From Macrostomum lignano (lineage: Eukaryota), in the NCBI GenBank assembly GCA_002269645.1, contig NIVC01002244.1, forward strand, positions 186,001-250,000: a stretch of 64,000 bases of DNA, in the 5' to 3' direction. Positions within the stretch are counted from its first letter, which is position 1, and each line of letters starts with the position of its first letter. Made by a program: the position numbers and the translations under genes. Below the pieces are notes generated by a model that had not been told where the DNA came from, made no database searches, and worked only from the letters and a program-made list of their open reading frames with translations. Of this stretch, positions 33,542 through 46,013 are shown piece by piece.

Positions 33542-36500
33542 TCGTAAAAATAATAACTAACTGCCACTACTGCGGGTTATAATCACAAAAAAGAACAAGG
33601 TGGAGATAAAATCTCGGTGGCCAGCGTGGGGGCGTTGATTCTTCAAAAATTTCTAAGAAACTTGGCTTTTAAAAATGTTACAAACATTAGCGTGAAACAA
33701 AGCGTAATCTGGCTGTTAGTTTTATAAACACCTGATTTGATTTTTGCTATTGTACCCATATGAGTATGTCGAGTAGCTCATTGGTGATGAAAACTGCGTA
33801 AAATTTCTTTATGTGCCCGTCTGTGTTGCTTATGTTGCTTACGCGCCGCTAAGAATTGAGTTCAAACGCGTTTTTCTGAACTGGGAGCTTAATTAACTAT
33901 CTCCCTGGACCAAAAGTTGTTTGGTGTATCATACGATCAGAAGCCTGAGCTCGTAGTTTTGATCAATAAATTCATGTATGAGTGCGCATTGGGCTTTGAA
34001 GCCTAATTTATTTCGAACAATTTTACTACATTAAATATATAAATATGCAAATAGGCCAGTGCATGAGCCACCTCGATTTCGAAAGAAAAAAACCTGTATG
34101 CACACATGTAACTAAAGTTGATATAGTGTAATACGTGTGTAGACTAACCAACGCCCTTTTACTGCGCTCTAGCTGTTCGACTCGATATTCCCTAGGGGAC
34201 ATTTTGTTTCTCTAACTTAGCCGATCAGATCTTGTCTCTGTGCCATTCTTTCCATTCTTAGCAGATCTTCTTAATCTGCTCGGTTCTTTCAGGATCTTCT
34301 AAGAAGGGAGGTACATTTGTTTTGTCATTCATTGCGCCAAAGTGTTCTAGCTTTCTTATTTTTTATTTTATGGCAAAATGGGACAATAATTAAATTTAAT
34401 AAAATATGCGATTCGAAGCTATTAAGATATAAAAGCTAAGATCTTGTACGATGTAGCAAGTCGCCCATGCCAGATCTGGTAAGTTTACCTAAGTATTATC
34501 ATAGCGAAGATCTTGCACGTTCTTGCAAGTACTTGCGCAGCAACCCAAGAAGATAGATGATCTGTTAAGAATCAACACGTCAATGTCTTCTAGGGTTGCA
34601 CCGCGTTTATGGCCATCGGCCTCGACAACAAAAACATGAAATGACACGCGTACGAGTATGTCAGTAACCTAGCTCTGGTTTTCGAATTCTGATCAGCTTA
34701 TAATATGGGCCCCAGACTGTAAGACTGTCCTCAACAGCTCGAAAAGTAGTCCATGACTGCGGATTACACGTTGCTCGTACATGCATACACTATATTCCAT
34801 ATGCACCAAGTCGAAGATCGCAGTTGTGCCCTGCGTGCAGTGTTAATCGACCGCTTGGCCGACGCTCACCGCAACGGTAGAACAGCCTGTCCAGCGCGTC
34901 GGCATTGCGACATCACAACTGCTTCGCTACATGTATATGTAGCCCTACTGTAGTCCAGCAGGACGGTACTCAAGATCTTGACAATGAGCCTCACACAGTC
35001 CTTTGGTGCCATGACCTAAACCCGTTCGGCAATCAGTTATTCGACCGCGTAACTTACTCATACATGTACAAATACATGTACATCGGATACGTCGGTGAAC
35101 GTCAGGAACGTTGCACGGGAAAGAGCTGGACCAGCGGTGCCACACAGCCGACCTCGTGGTCCCGCTCACTCCCGCTGTCAAAGCAACCCGTCACGACGTC
35201 GTCAACTCCAGTTGGCAGGCCACGTACTATCCGTCGTGGCCGCGCCGATTTGAAATGCGCAAAGCCGCTGCAGGCGCCCTACTACCGGCGAGGACAGGCG
35301 CGCTACTAACTAACGCTACGCATTATTTTGTTGTCATACATGTATAATAAGATATTGAAGCTACATTATTATATGTAAATCGGTCGTCCTTTTACATCTG
35401 CAGGGTATTAACAAAGTGCAAATAAATTTATGCTCGTCTTTGTCAGTAGATTTCAACGCACTTGGCGCTCATGATAGCAGCGTCATTTTAGCAGCTTTTT
35501 TCGTTCATAATTCTATATAATGAATTTTTATTTTATAAGAAGAACCATCCATAAAAAAATCCTGGGGCGGCTCTGTCTCACCTCTGTCATTTTGCTTTCG
35601 ACTACTAAAGCTTCAGTGCATCGGGAAAACAAATTGTCTACATGTGCTGTCTCCATGGTAACTGGAAGCTTCAAACAAAGCTGCTTGTTTTTACAAGCAT
35701 GACAGGAAAGCAAAAACTCCCCATAAGTGAAATGATTGAAAAAACAGTATTTTCAGACCCAGAGACTTCAAAGCAATTAACCAGCTCCAGCTGTGTGTAG
35801 GCAGATCAGCTTTGTTGAAGAAAAAAGTCCATAAATAAGCCTCACCAAAAGAACCCAGAGCCATTGTCTATTGTTTTTTCCCACTTCCAAGGTTCTTGCT
35901 TGAAAAGCAACGAATGAAGAATCGCGCTGGCACGTTTTTTCGTCTCCGGGCGCTTTTGTCTTTCCTCTGTTTTTACTGATTTATGGAGCAGGTCTCGACT
36001 GGCTGACAGGAAACTTGCCGTGAAGGCAGGATGGAGAGAGGGATGCTTCATCGGTAGACTTCATGATTAAGCCGCCTGGAACAATGGGACGGCTTGCAAC
36101 CGTGGCCGAGAGCTCCGAAAAGCATTTGCTCAACTCTCTTTGTGCAGCGCTTCAAGTACGCAGTCTGCAGGGCAAGCTGCTGCATGGGGACAATAAATCT
36201 GAGTTAGCCAGAGCAAAAAAATCACTGCGGAACTGGCCTCCCACTCCCCTGCCAGGGATCGGAGTCGGCAGGGCCATGATTTCCTTCTCGACTTGATTCG
36301 GTTGCTAGGGGCAACGAGAAATCAGAGAGCTTAAACAGAGGAAAAACAGGACAGAATTAACAGTGCCCGCAGCGAGGGCAAAATCATAAATAAGCTGCTC
36401 AACACTGGATAACACACCGGATCTTTGCACGCAGCCAGTATAAGTTCACTTTTCTGTACCAGCATGTAGTTTACCGACGTACTTGACGCCTGTAGACGGC

Positions 36501-37640
36501 TCTGTGTAGGTCTACGGATGTGGCAAAACGTCAAATAAGTGTACCAACATTCTCCATTGACAAAGCCTCTTATCCATGTTTTGCGATTTCAGACCAGTAA
36601 CAGTCAAGACTTCTGTTCTTTATTGGGCACTTGTAAACAAAAGTTGCAAACAAATGGACGTTGTGGTTGGTTTTGCTTGTGAAATTGTGCATAAAACACC
36701 GTAATAAGATATTCAACCGTCAAAGATTCGAAAGTAATGTTTAAAGGCAGAAAGTAGAATAAATACAAGGTTTTTAATGAACAGACGTCAAAGTCACTCA
36801 GAAAAATCTAAAAACGATCATTGCACTTGTTACTTGTATCTAAAGCATTCAAATTTTCAAGTACATGTACGAGGGCATTTTGTAGCGTATAACACTGCAT
36901 TGTCAAATGGTCGAGCCAAAAAAGTGAAAGAAATATTGTACCCAATATGAATAGGCTGCAGAAAGTTCAGCCGACGTGCGTAGCCGTTTCTACCCGAGCA
37001 GAAGCGTAGCTACGAGTATATTTGCAGTTAGCATGAAATAAGGGAGCTCTGGGGCAACTGAATTTGCACTGAATCTGAATGAACTTTACCCTTTGACCAT
37101 AGACATTCTTAGCGGGCGGTCTGACGCGCGTTTCAACCTCGTTTTGAGTAGGCTAGAGCCTAGCAGCCAGCAGTTTAATCCTTGGTGGGAGAATCAAGCT
37201 ACTGAGGACTTGCTTTTCATAGTCTGTGGCCCAAAATAGGGTCTGCTGAACAACCAATGGGAGAATGTGGGTTTAGCTTCTACGGTTAAATAATACCATA
37301 GAGATACGAGTATTACCAGTCAAGCAAACCTAAAAACTCGCAGACAAGACCTAAATAGCCCATAAACAACATCCTAACTTTGATCAAAGAACATTCAGAG
37401 ATATATTGGCCATAGATTTTTCAGATGAACAAATCAAATGAGTTCAGTTATCTACGAGTATATGTCCCTCGTGCGGTGTCAGCAGGGAAAGCCAGATTTA
37501 CGCCACATCAAACAACATACTCGTATACGATTCCTTTAAGTTTAAAGCTCGCAGAGTGAGTTGCAACCAATCGTACGCATAGCAACTTTCGAGCTCTTCC
37601 ATTATGGTGAGTCGGTAGTAGCTCTCGAGAAAGCAATGTC

Positions 37641-39810
37641 TCAAGCGGAACTGTCGCCAATCACCTGCCTAGCTGACATCTGCCTGGCTGAAACTTGTCC
37701 AGCTGTCACTCGCTTGGCCGACCTTCCCATTGTTGATGTGCGACTCCTTCCGGTTCGCCTGGTGGCAGCCGACCTACCATTTGTACCGTCGTAGTCCGGC
37801 AGGTTCGCCTCATCCGAGCTGCAATCATCGCTGGAATCGTCCGAGTGGCAGCAGCTGGACTCGTCTTCGTCTTCCTCTTCATTTTCGCTGCTTTTCGTCT
37901 TGATGCCCATCTTGTTACCAATCCAGCGCAGCTTGGCCGTGATCTCGTCCTGGATGAGGTTCATGCACATGGACAGCATTGCCAGGCCGAATAGGCAGTA
38001 GATTGCTCCCACTAGCAGCTCCATAATCACGCTCACCTGCAGGGTGGATTGGCGATGAGCAGTACAGGGTGACTGAGTGACTGAATGAATGAGGGGTCGC
38101 GAACGGAATAGAACCAGTTTGGGTCGTGGCGTGAGAGTCGGTACGCGCTTTCCACTGAGCTGCTCTGCTTCCTCCACATTGTGGCAACTGTGGTCCAAGA
38201 CAGCTTCGGTACAATCGATTTTAATACAGATTTCAAAACAGCTCTCACATCGTCAAAGGGTCCATTGCGGCCGGGAACGTAATCTCCAAACCCAATGGTG
38301 CTCAGGGTTATAAATGAGAAGTAAGTGCCTTCGACCAGCGTCCAGTCCTTCTCCCAGGCTGTGAACACCGCGGCGCCGACAAGGATGTACAAAATCAGCA
38401 GCATGATGGTCACTGTGATGGGAATGTTCACAACTTCGTCATCGAAGTCGTCATCATTGTCGTCCTCTTCAACGACTAGCACGGTTCCGACCTGGTTGGC
38501 GGTTTCGGGTCGGGGGATATAAATCGAAGCATGCACTTCTTCTTCTTCTTCATCAGAAGAGTTTACAAATGTCAGTCGTGAAAAATGGGCCGCTTACCTT
38601 GGGCGGTGGCTGCTTGGCCTGTCCGTCACCGCCATCCTCAACGTTGCGCCATTCCGTCTGCTGCTGCTCACCGGCTGACTGAGCCGGATGCCTTCGTTTA
38701 ACAAAGCATTTGCAACAGCAGATGTTCAGGTAGAAGCTGCGAAACAGCATAGCGGTTGGCTCGCCAATCTTTGTTAGAAAGAGCAGCATGAGTGGAATGC
38801 CTAAGATGGCGTAGATCATGCAGATTATTTGGCCCCACTGGGTGGTCGGCGAGATGTGGCCGTAGCCTGCAAATTATTCATTTTTTGCCAAATTATTGCT
38901 CTCGCGTCAAATGTACTTTACAATATTGCTTTAAGTGCAGCTGCCAACATGTAGAAACTACTTCCTACCTGTTTATTAAGCGTTTTTATTTGAGTCCTAC
39001 CTGACACTTATTTGAGCACTACCTGACACTTAATTGAGCACTACCTGACACTTAATTGAGCACTACTACCTGACACTTATTTGAGCACTACCTGACACTT
39101 ATTTGAGCACTACCTGACACTTATTTGAGTGCTACCTGACATTTATTTGAGCACTACCTGACACTTATTTGAGCAGTACCTGACACTTATTTGAGCACTA
39201 CCTGACACTTATTTGAGCACTACTACCTGACACTTATTTGAGCACTACCTGACACTTATTTGAGTGCTACCTGACACTTATTTGAGTGTTACCTGACACT
39301 TATTTGAGCACTACCTGACACTTATTTAAGCACTACCTGACGCTTTTTGAGTACTGTCTGACACTCAGAGGCGCCCGGCCCTGACTCTTACCTATTGTGG
39401 TCACAATAGTCGTGCAGAAATAAATAGCATTGGCCAGCACCCAATTAGCAGGGTTATCGACCGTCCCAATGGTGCTGCAATTCTTTGTCGGATCAACGCT
39501 CAGTGTGTAAATATCCTTGGCGAACACCTCCAGCTGACTGAGAATGGCGCTCTTCGACAGCGACGAATTGGCGCCCTGAGCGATGTTGTAAACTCGATCA
39601 GTGGCTTCGTTTCGTTTGGCCTCGTACTTGGAGTAGGCAATGGAACAGGCCGACTTCTCATTAGTCTCCTCCAGGTAGTTGAACAAGAAGCCGCCCATAA
39701 TTAGGTAGATAATGACCAGGGTCAGCGTGCCCAAGTGCGACAGCATGATGGCTGCGAATCTCTGGCAGCAGCGCTTCCATCGCTCGCGACTCGCCGCATC
39801 CGCAGCTTCG

Positions 39811-39845
<35 letters not shown>

Positions 39846-39995
39846 AGCCGCTGATGTCTGCTTAAAGCCGGTAATGCCGCCGCTAGCAGTGGCAAAGTTG
39901 GTCACTTGGAAGCTGCTAATTTTGTTAGCTCCTGAGGATGACGTCATCACTGCGCCATCGAATGCGTTCGCTTCGAAGCCTTGATTGTCCCACAT
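37641..39995 (-). CDS. Two-pore-domain (K2P/TWIK-family) potassium channel, paralog A
   Basis: Exons (minus) 39995-39392, 38866-38598, 38491-38249, 38036-37641. P1 TTIG|YGH split by intron 1, P2 STIGFGDYVPG, four TM segments, cap region with Cys, and a poly-Q (CAG) run near 39814-39846. Confidence 0.92.
38996..39340. repeat. 22-bp minisatellite (ctacctgacacttatttgagca) in K2P-A intron 1
   Basis: Directly visible, about 15 copies. Confidence 0.94.
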
Positions 39996-40299
39996 GGCTG
40001 AGCGCGTTATGAGAACAGTTGAGGCTTTCGTGCAATGCAGGCTGGATTTGGGAGGGTCTTTTATGGGGATAATTTTGTGACAGATTGATTGTTTGCTTGG
40101 ACAGCGGCCTTGGGACTAACCAATCATGGATGGCCTCCAAATTAGGGAACTCTAATTGTATATCTGTATCCTAATCCACTTTCATTTGCTGCATGTAAAG
40201 TACACAAGTATATAGAACTATAATCAGGCTGTTTGGCAAAGAATCTGGTAATAAAGCGGATGATTTTGATAAATAATATGTTAACTGAATGTATGCTTC

Positions 40300-40815
40300 T
40301 GACAAACTGTCGAAGCAACTGACAAAGTGTCGAAGCTACTGACAAACAACTGTCGAAGCTGCTGATAAACAACTGTCGAAACTGCTGACAAACAACTGTC
40401 GAAGCTACTGACAAACAACTGTCGAAGCTGACAAACAACTGTCGAAGCTGCTGACAAACAACTGTTGAAGCTGCTGACAAACAACTGTCGAAGCTACTGA
40501 CAAACAACTGTCGAAGCTGCTGACAAACAACTGTCGAAGCTGCTGACAAACAACTGTCGAAGCTGCTGACAAACAACTGTCGAAGCTGCTGACAAACAAC
40601 TGTCGAAGCTGCTAACAAACAACTGTCGAAGCTGACAAACAACTGTCGAAGCTACTGACAAACAACTGTTGAAGCTGCTGACAAACAACTGTCGAAGCTA
40701 CTGACAAACAACTGTCGAAGCTGCTGACAAACAACTGTCGAAGCTGCTGACAAACAACTGTCGAAGCTGCTGACAAACAACTGTCGAAGCTGCTGACACA
40801 AGTGTCGAATGACAA
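40300..40815. repeat. 23-bp minisatellite (gaagctgctgacaaacaactgtc) upstream of K2P-A
   Basis: Directly visible; related to 47635-48452. Confidence 0.94.
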
Positions 40816-41487
40816 ACCTTAAGGCCAGTTCACATTAACGCTAGTAGCTCTGCGGGTCAAAGATTGCTCAAATAAATTTTAAAACTGGTCTGAGCAAACT
40901 ATACAACGACTGTTACTTGTGTTACCACTGTCTCTCATTACCCTACAGCTTGCCAGAAATTAATTGACCTCTTGGTAAGAGACATCAACGTTCCTGTTTA
41001 CACTTCATCGCACTAATTCGATCGTATAATTAGTCTCAATAATATTTGCTTTCAAGGCATTCTTCATAGCATGATGCCATTCATTATGGCGAAGTGTATA
41101 TTTCTGAATCGAATTATCAGCCACTCCAGTTAGTAAGAGAGATTCGTGAAAAATGTAAATGTTAATTTCACAGACTGACGACTGACTACTGATAGTAGGT
41201 AGAGTATAAAAGTTTTTCTCTTTATACCGAAAAAAGTTCTTTGCTAGTGGTAAAAGTGCTCGATCAGATTAGTGCTGACTTTTCCTTATCAAATACCTTC
41301 GACAATTTAAATGTAACCGCCCTGGGATAAAATCACCATGATATGTTTAAACATTTTATGACGCAAACGTATTAGAAGGCACAGTGAGAAAAATAATTGT
41401 AATTTATCACACTTTAGAAAAGACAGAAATTTTTGTCGATGCCAGATGTTCTGTGCACTCATAATTCTTTGACGCTGAACGCAAAGT

Positions 41488-44400
41488 TGCACTCCCTGAC
41501 ACCAATGTGTTGCAGTCCCTGACACCAATGTGTTGCAGTCCCTGACATCAATGTGTTGCAGTCCCTGACACCAATGTGTTGCAGTCCCTGACACCAATGT
41601 GTTGCAGTCCCTGACATCAATGTGTTGCAGTCCCTGACACCAATGTGTTGCAGTCCCCGACTCCAATGTGTTGCATTTCCTGACACCAATGTGTTGCAGT
41701 CCCTGACATCAATGTGTTGCATTTCCTGACACCCATGTGTTGCAGTCCCTGACACCCATGTGTTGCAGTCCCTGACACCCATGTGTTGCACTCCCTGACA
41801 CAAATATGTTGCAGTCCCCGACTCCAATGTGTTGCATTTCCTGACACCAATGTGTTGCAGTCCCCGACTCCAATGTGTTGCGGTCCCTGACACCAATGTG
41901 TTGCACACCCTGACACCAATGTGTTGCGGTCCCTGACACCAATGTGTTGCACTCCCTGACACCAATGTGTTGCGGTCCCTGACACCAATGTGTTGCAGTC
42001 CCTGACACCAATGTGTTGCAGTCCCCGACTCCAATGTGTTGCATTTCCTGACACCAATGTGTTGCAGTCCCTGACACCAATGTGTTGCATTTCCTGACAC
42101 CAATGTGTTGCAGTCCCTGACACCAATGTGTTGCATTCCCTGACACCAATGTGTTGCATTTCCTGACACCAATGTGTTGCAGTCCCTGACACCAATGTGT
42201 TGCAGTCCCTGACACCAATGTGTTGCAGTCCCTGACACTAATATGTTGCATTCCCTGAACTCAATGTGTTGCATTTCCTGACACCAATGTGTTGCAGTCC
42301 CCGACTCCAATGTGTTGCATTTCCTGACACCAATGTGTTGCAGTCCCTGACACAAATGTGTTGCAGTCCCCGACTCCAATGTGTTGCAGTCCCTGACACC
42401 AATGTGTTGCAGTCCCTGACACCAATGTGTTGCATTCCCTGACACCAATGTGTTGCAGTCCCTGACACCAATGTGTTGCAGTCCCTGACACCAATGTGTT
42501 GCACTTCCTGACACCAATGTGTTGCAGTCCCTGACACCAATGTGTTGCAGTCCCTGACACCAATGTGTTGCACTCCCTGACACCAATGTGTTGCGGTCCC
42601 TGACACCAATGTGTTGCGGTCCCTGACACCAATATGTTGCGGTCCCTGACATCAATGTGTTGCGGTCCCTGACACCAATGTGTTGCGGTCCCTGACACCA
42701 ATGTGTTGCGGTCCCTGACACCAATGTGTTGCTGTCCCTGACACCAATGTGTTGCGATCCCTGACACCAATGTGTTGCACTCCCTGACACCAATGTGTTG
42801 CGGTCCCTGACACCAATGTGTTGCATTCCCTGACACCAATGTGTTGCGGTCCCTGACATCAATGTGTTGCGGTCCCTGACACCAATGTGTTGCGGTCCCT
42901 GACACCAATATGTTGCGATCCCTGACACCAATGTGTTGCGGTCCCTGACACCAATGTGTTGCATTCCCTGACACCAATGTGTTGCGGTCCCTGACATCAA
43001 TGTGTTGCGGTCCCTGACACCAATGTGTTGCGGTCCCTGACACCAATATGTTGCGATCCCTGACACCAATGTGTTGCACTCCCTGACACCAATGTGTTGC
43101 ATTCCCTGACACCAATGTGTTGCGGTCCCTGACATCAATGTGTTGCGGTCCCTGACACCAATGTGTTGCACTCCCTGACACCAATGTGTTGCGGTCCCTG
43201 ACACCAATGTGTTGCGATCCCTGACACCAATGTGTTGCGGTCCCTGACACCAATGTGTTGCGGTCCCTGACACCAATGTGTTGCGGTCCCTGACACCAAT
43301 GTGTTGCGATCCCTGACACCAATATGTTGCATTTCCTGACACCAATGTGTTGCGGTCCCTGACACCAATGTGTTGCATTCCCCGACACCAATGTGTTGCG
43401 GTCCCTGACACCAATGTGTTGCATTCCCTGACACCAATGTGTTGCGGTCCCTGACACCAAAGTGTTGCATTCCCTGACACCAATGTGTTGCGGTCCCTGA
43501 CATCAATGTGTTGCAGTCCCCGACTCCAATGTGTTGCAGTCCCTGGCACCAATGTGTTGCACTCCCTGACTCCAATGTGTTGCACTCCCTGACACTAATG
43601 TGTTGCACTCCCCGACTCCAATGTGTTGCTGTCCCTGACACCAATGTGTTGCAGTCCCTGACACCAATGTGTTGCAGTCCCTGACATCAATGTGTTGCAT
43701 TTCCTGACACCAATGTGTTGCAGTCCCTGACACCAATGTGTTGCATTTCCTGACACCAATGTGTTGCAGTCCCCGACTCCAATGTGTTGCATTTCCTGAC
43801 ACCAATGTGTTGCAGTCCCTGACACCAATGTGTTGCAGTCCCCGACTCCAATGTGTTGCAGTCCCTGACACCAATGTGTTGCAGTCCCTGACACCAATGT
43901 GTTGCATTCCCTGACACCAATGTGTTGCAGTCCCTGACACCAATGTGTTGCAGTCCCTGACACCAATGTGTTGCATTCCCTGACACCAATGTGTTGCAGT
44001 CCCTGACACCAATGTGTTGCAGTCCCTGACACCAATGTGTTGCACTCCCTGACACCAATGTGTTGCATTTCCTGACACCAATGTGTTGCAGTCCCCGACT
44101 CCAATGTGTTGCATTTCCTGACACCAATGTGTTGCGGTCCCTGACACCAATGTGTTGCATTTCCTGACACCAATGTGTTGCAGTCCCCGACTCCAATGTG
44201 TTGCAGACCCTGACACCAATGTGTTGCGGTCCCTGACACCAATGTGTTGCGGTCCCTGACACCAATGTGTTGCGGTCCCTGACACCAATGTGTTGCAATC
44301 CCTGACACCAATGTGTTGCATTTCCTGACACCAATGTGTTGCATTCCCTGACACCAATGTGTTGCGGTCCCTGACTTCAATGTGTTGCGGTCCCTGACAC

Positions 44401-45795
44401 CAATGTGTTGCGGTCCCTGACACCAATGTGTTGCGGTCCCTGACACCAATGTGTTGCGGTCCCTGACACCAATGTGTTGCGGTCCCTGACACCAATATGT
44501 TGCGGTCCCTGACACCAATGTGTTGCGGTCCCTGACACCAATGTGTTGCGGTCCCTGACACCAATGTGTTGCGGTCCCTGACACCAATATGTTGCGGTCC
44601 CTGACATCAATGTGTTGCGGTCCCTGACACCAATGTGTTGCGGTCCCAGACATCAATGTGTTGCGGTCCCTGACACCAATGTGTTGCACTCCCTGACACC
44701 AATGTGTTGCGGTCCCTGACACCAATGTGTTGCGATCCCTGACACCAATGTGTTGCGGTCCCTGACACCAATGTGTTGCGGTCCCTGACACCAATGTGTT
44801 GCTGTCCCTGACACCAATGTGTTGCGATCCCTGACACCAATGTGTTGCACTCCCTGACACCAATGTGTTGCGGTCCCTGACACCAATGTGTTGCATTCCC
44901 TGACACCAATGTGTTGCGGTCCCTGACACCAATGTGTTGCATTCCCTGACACCAATGTGTTGCGGTCCCTGACATCAATGTGTTGCGGTCCCTGACACCA
45001 ATGTGTTGCATTCCCTGACACCAATATGTTGCGATCCCTGACACCAATGTGTTGCACTCCCTGACACCAATGTGTTGCATTCCCTGACACCAATGTGTTG
45101 CGGTCCCTGACATCAATGTGTTGCGGTCCCTGACACCAATGTGTTGCACTCCCTGACACCAATGTGTTGCGGTCCCTGACACCAATGTGTTGCGATCCCT
45201 GACACCAATGTGTTGCGGTCCCTGACACCAATGTGTTGCGGTCCCTGACACCAATGTGTTGCGGTCCCTGACACCAATGTGTTGCGATCCCTGACACCAA
45301 TATGTTGCAGTCCCTGACACCAATGTGTTGCGGTCCCTGACACCAATGTGTTGCATTCCCTGACACCAATGTGTTGCGGTCCCTGACACCAATGTGTTGC
45401 ATTCCCTGACACCAATGTGTTGCGGTCCCTGACACCAATGTGTTGCATTCCCTGACACCAATGTGTTGCGGTCCCTGACATCAATGTGTTGCAGTCCCCG
45501 ACTCCAATGTGTTGCAGTCCCTGGCACTAATGTGTTGCACTCCCCGACTCCAATGTGTTGCACTCCCTGACACTAATGTGTTGCACTCCCCGACTCCAAT
45601 GTGTTGCACTCCCCGACTCCAATGTGTTGCTGTCCCTGACACCAATGTGTTGCAGTCCCTGACACCAATGTGTTGCAGTCCCTGACATCAATGTGTTGCA
45701 TTCCCTGACAGCAATTTGTTGCACTCCCCGACACCAATGTGTTGCACTCCCTGCCACTAGTGTGTTGCACTCCCAGACACCAATGTGTTGCGGTC
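41488..45795. repeat. 4.3-kb 23-bp minisatellite (ccctgacaccaatgtgttgcagt), about 187 copies, between the K2P paralogs
   Basis: Directly visible; source of the long ATHWCQG ORFs. Confidence 0.98.
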
Positions 45796-46013
45796 GATGA
45801 CAGCAGTTTTATCGGCATTCAAATTTGGAGCATCAAAACATTAGGATGACTGCACAAACAACTGACACAGTAAACAGTACTACAATTAGTAGTTGCATTT
45901 GTTATCAAGTCTCGCTAAACTTTCCTAAGCCGCGCTGCTACTCGTCGCATTCTCGTTGTCGTACATGATGTGCCTGCCGCTGATGAGCTGACGTCTCGGC
46001 GGCTGCGGGACAG

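Noticed and set aside
34130-35340. AGATCT-rich segment and GC-balanced short ORFs upstream of PCF11
   Set aside because: No protein similarity or paired termini recognisable; probably decayed TE.
41459-45818. Long ORFs (up to 708 aa) of ATHWCQG repeats
   Set aside because: They are translations of a stop-free 23-bp minisatellite in all three frames, with no unique domain.
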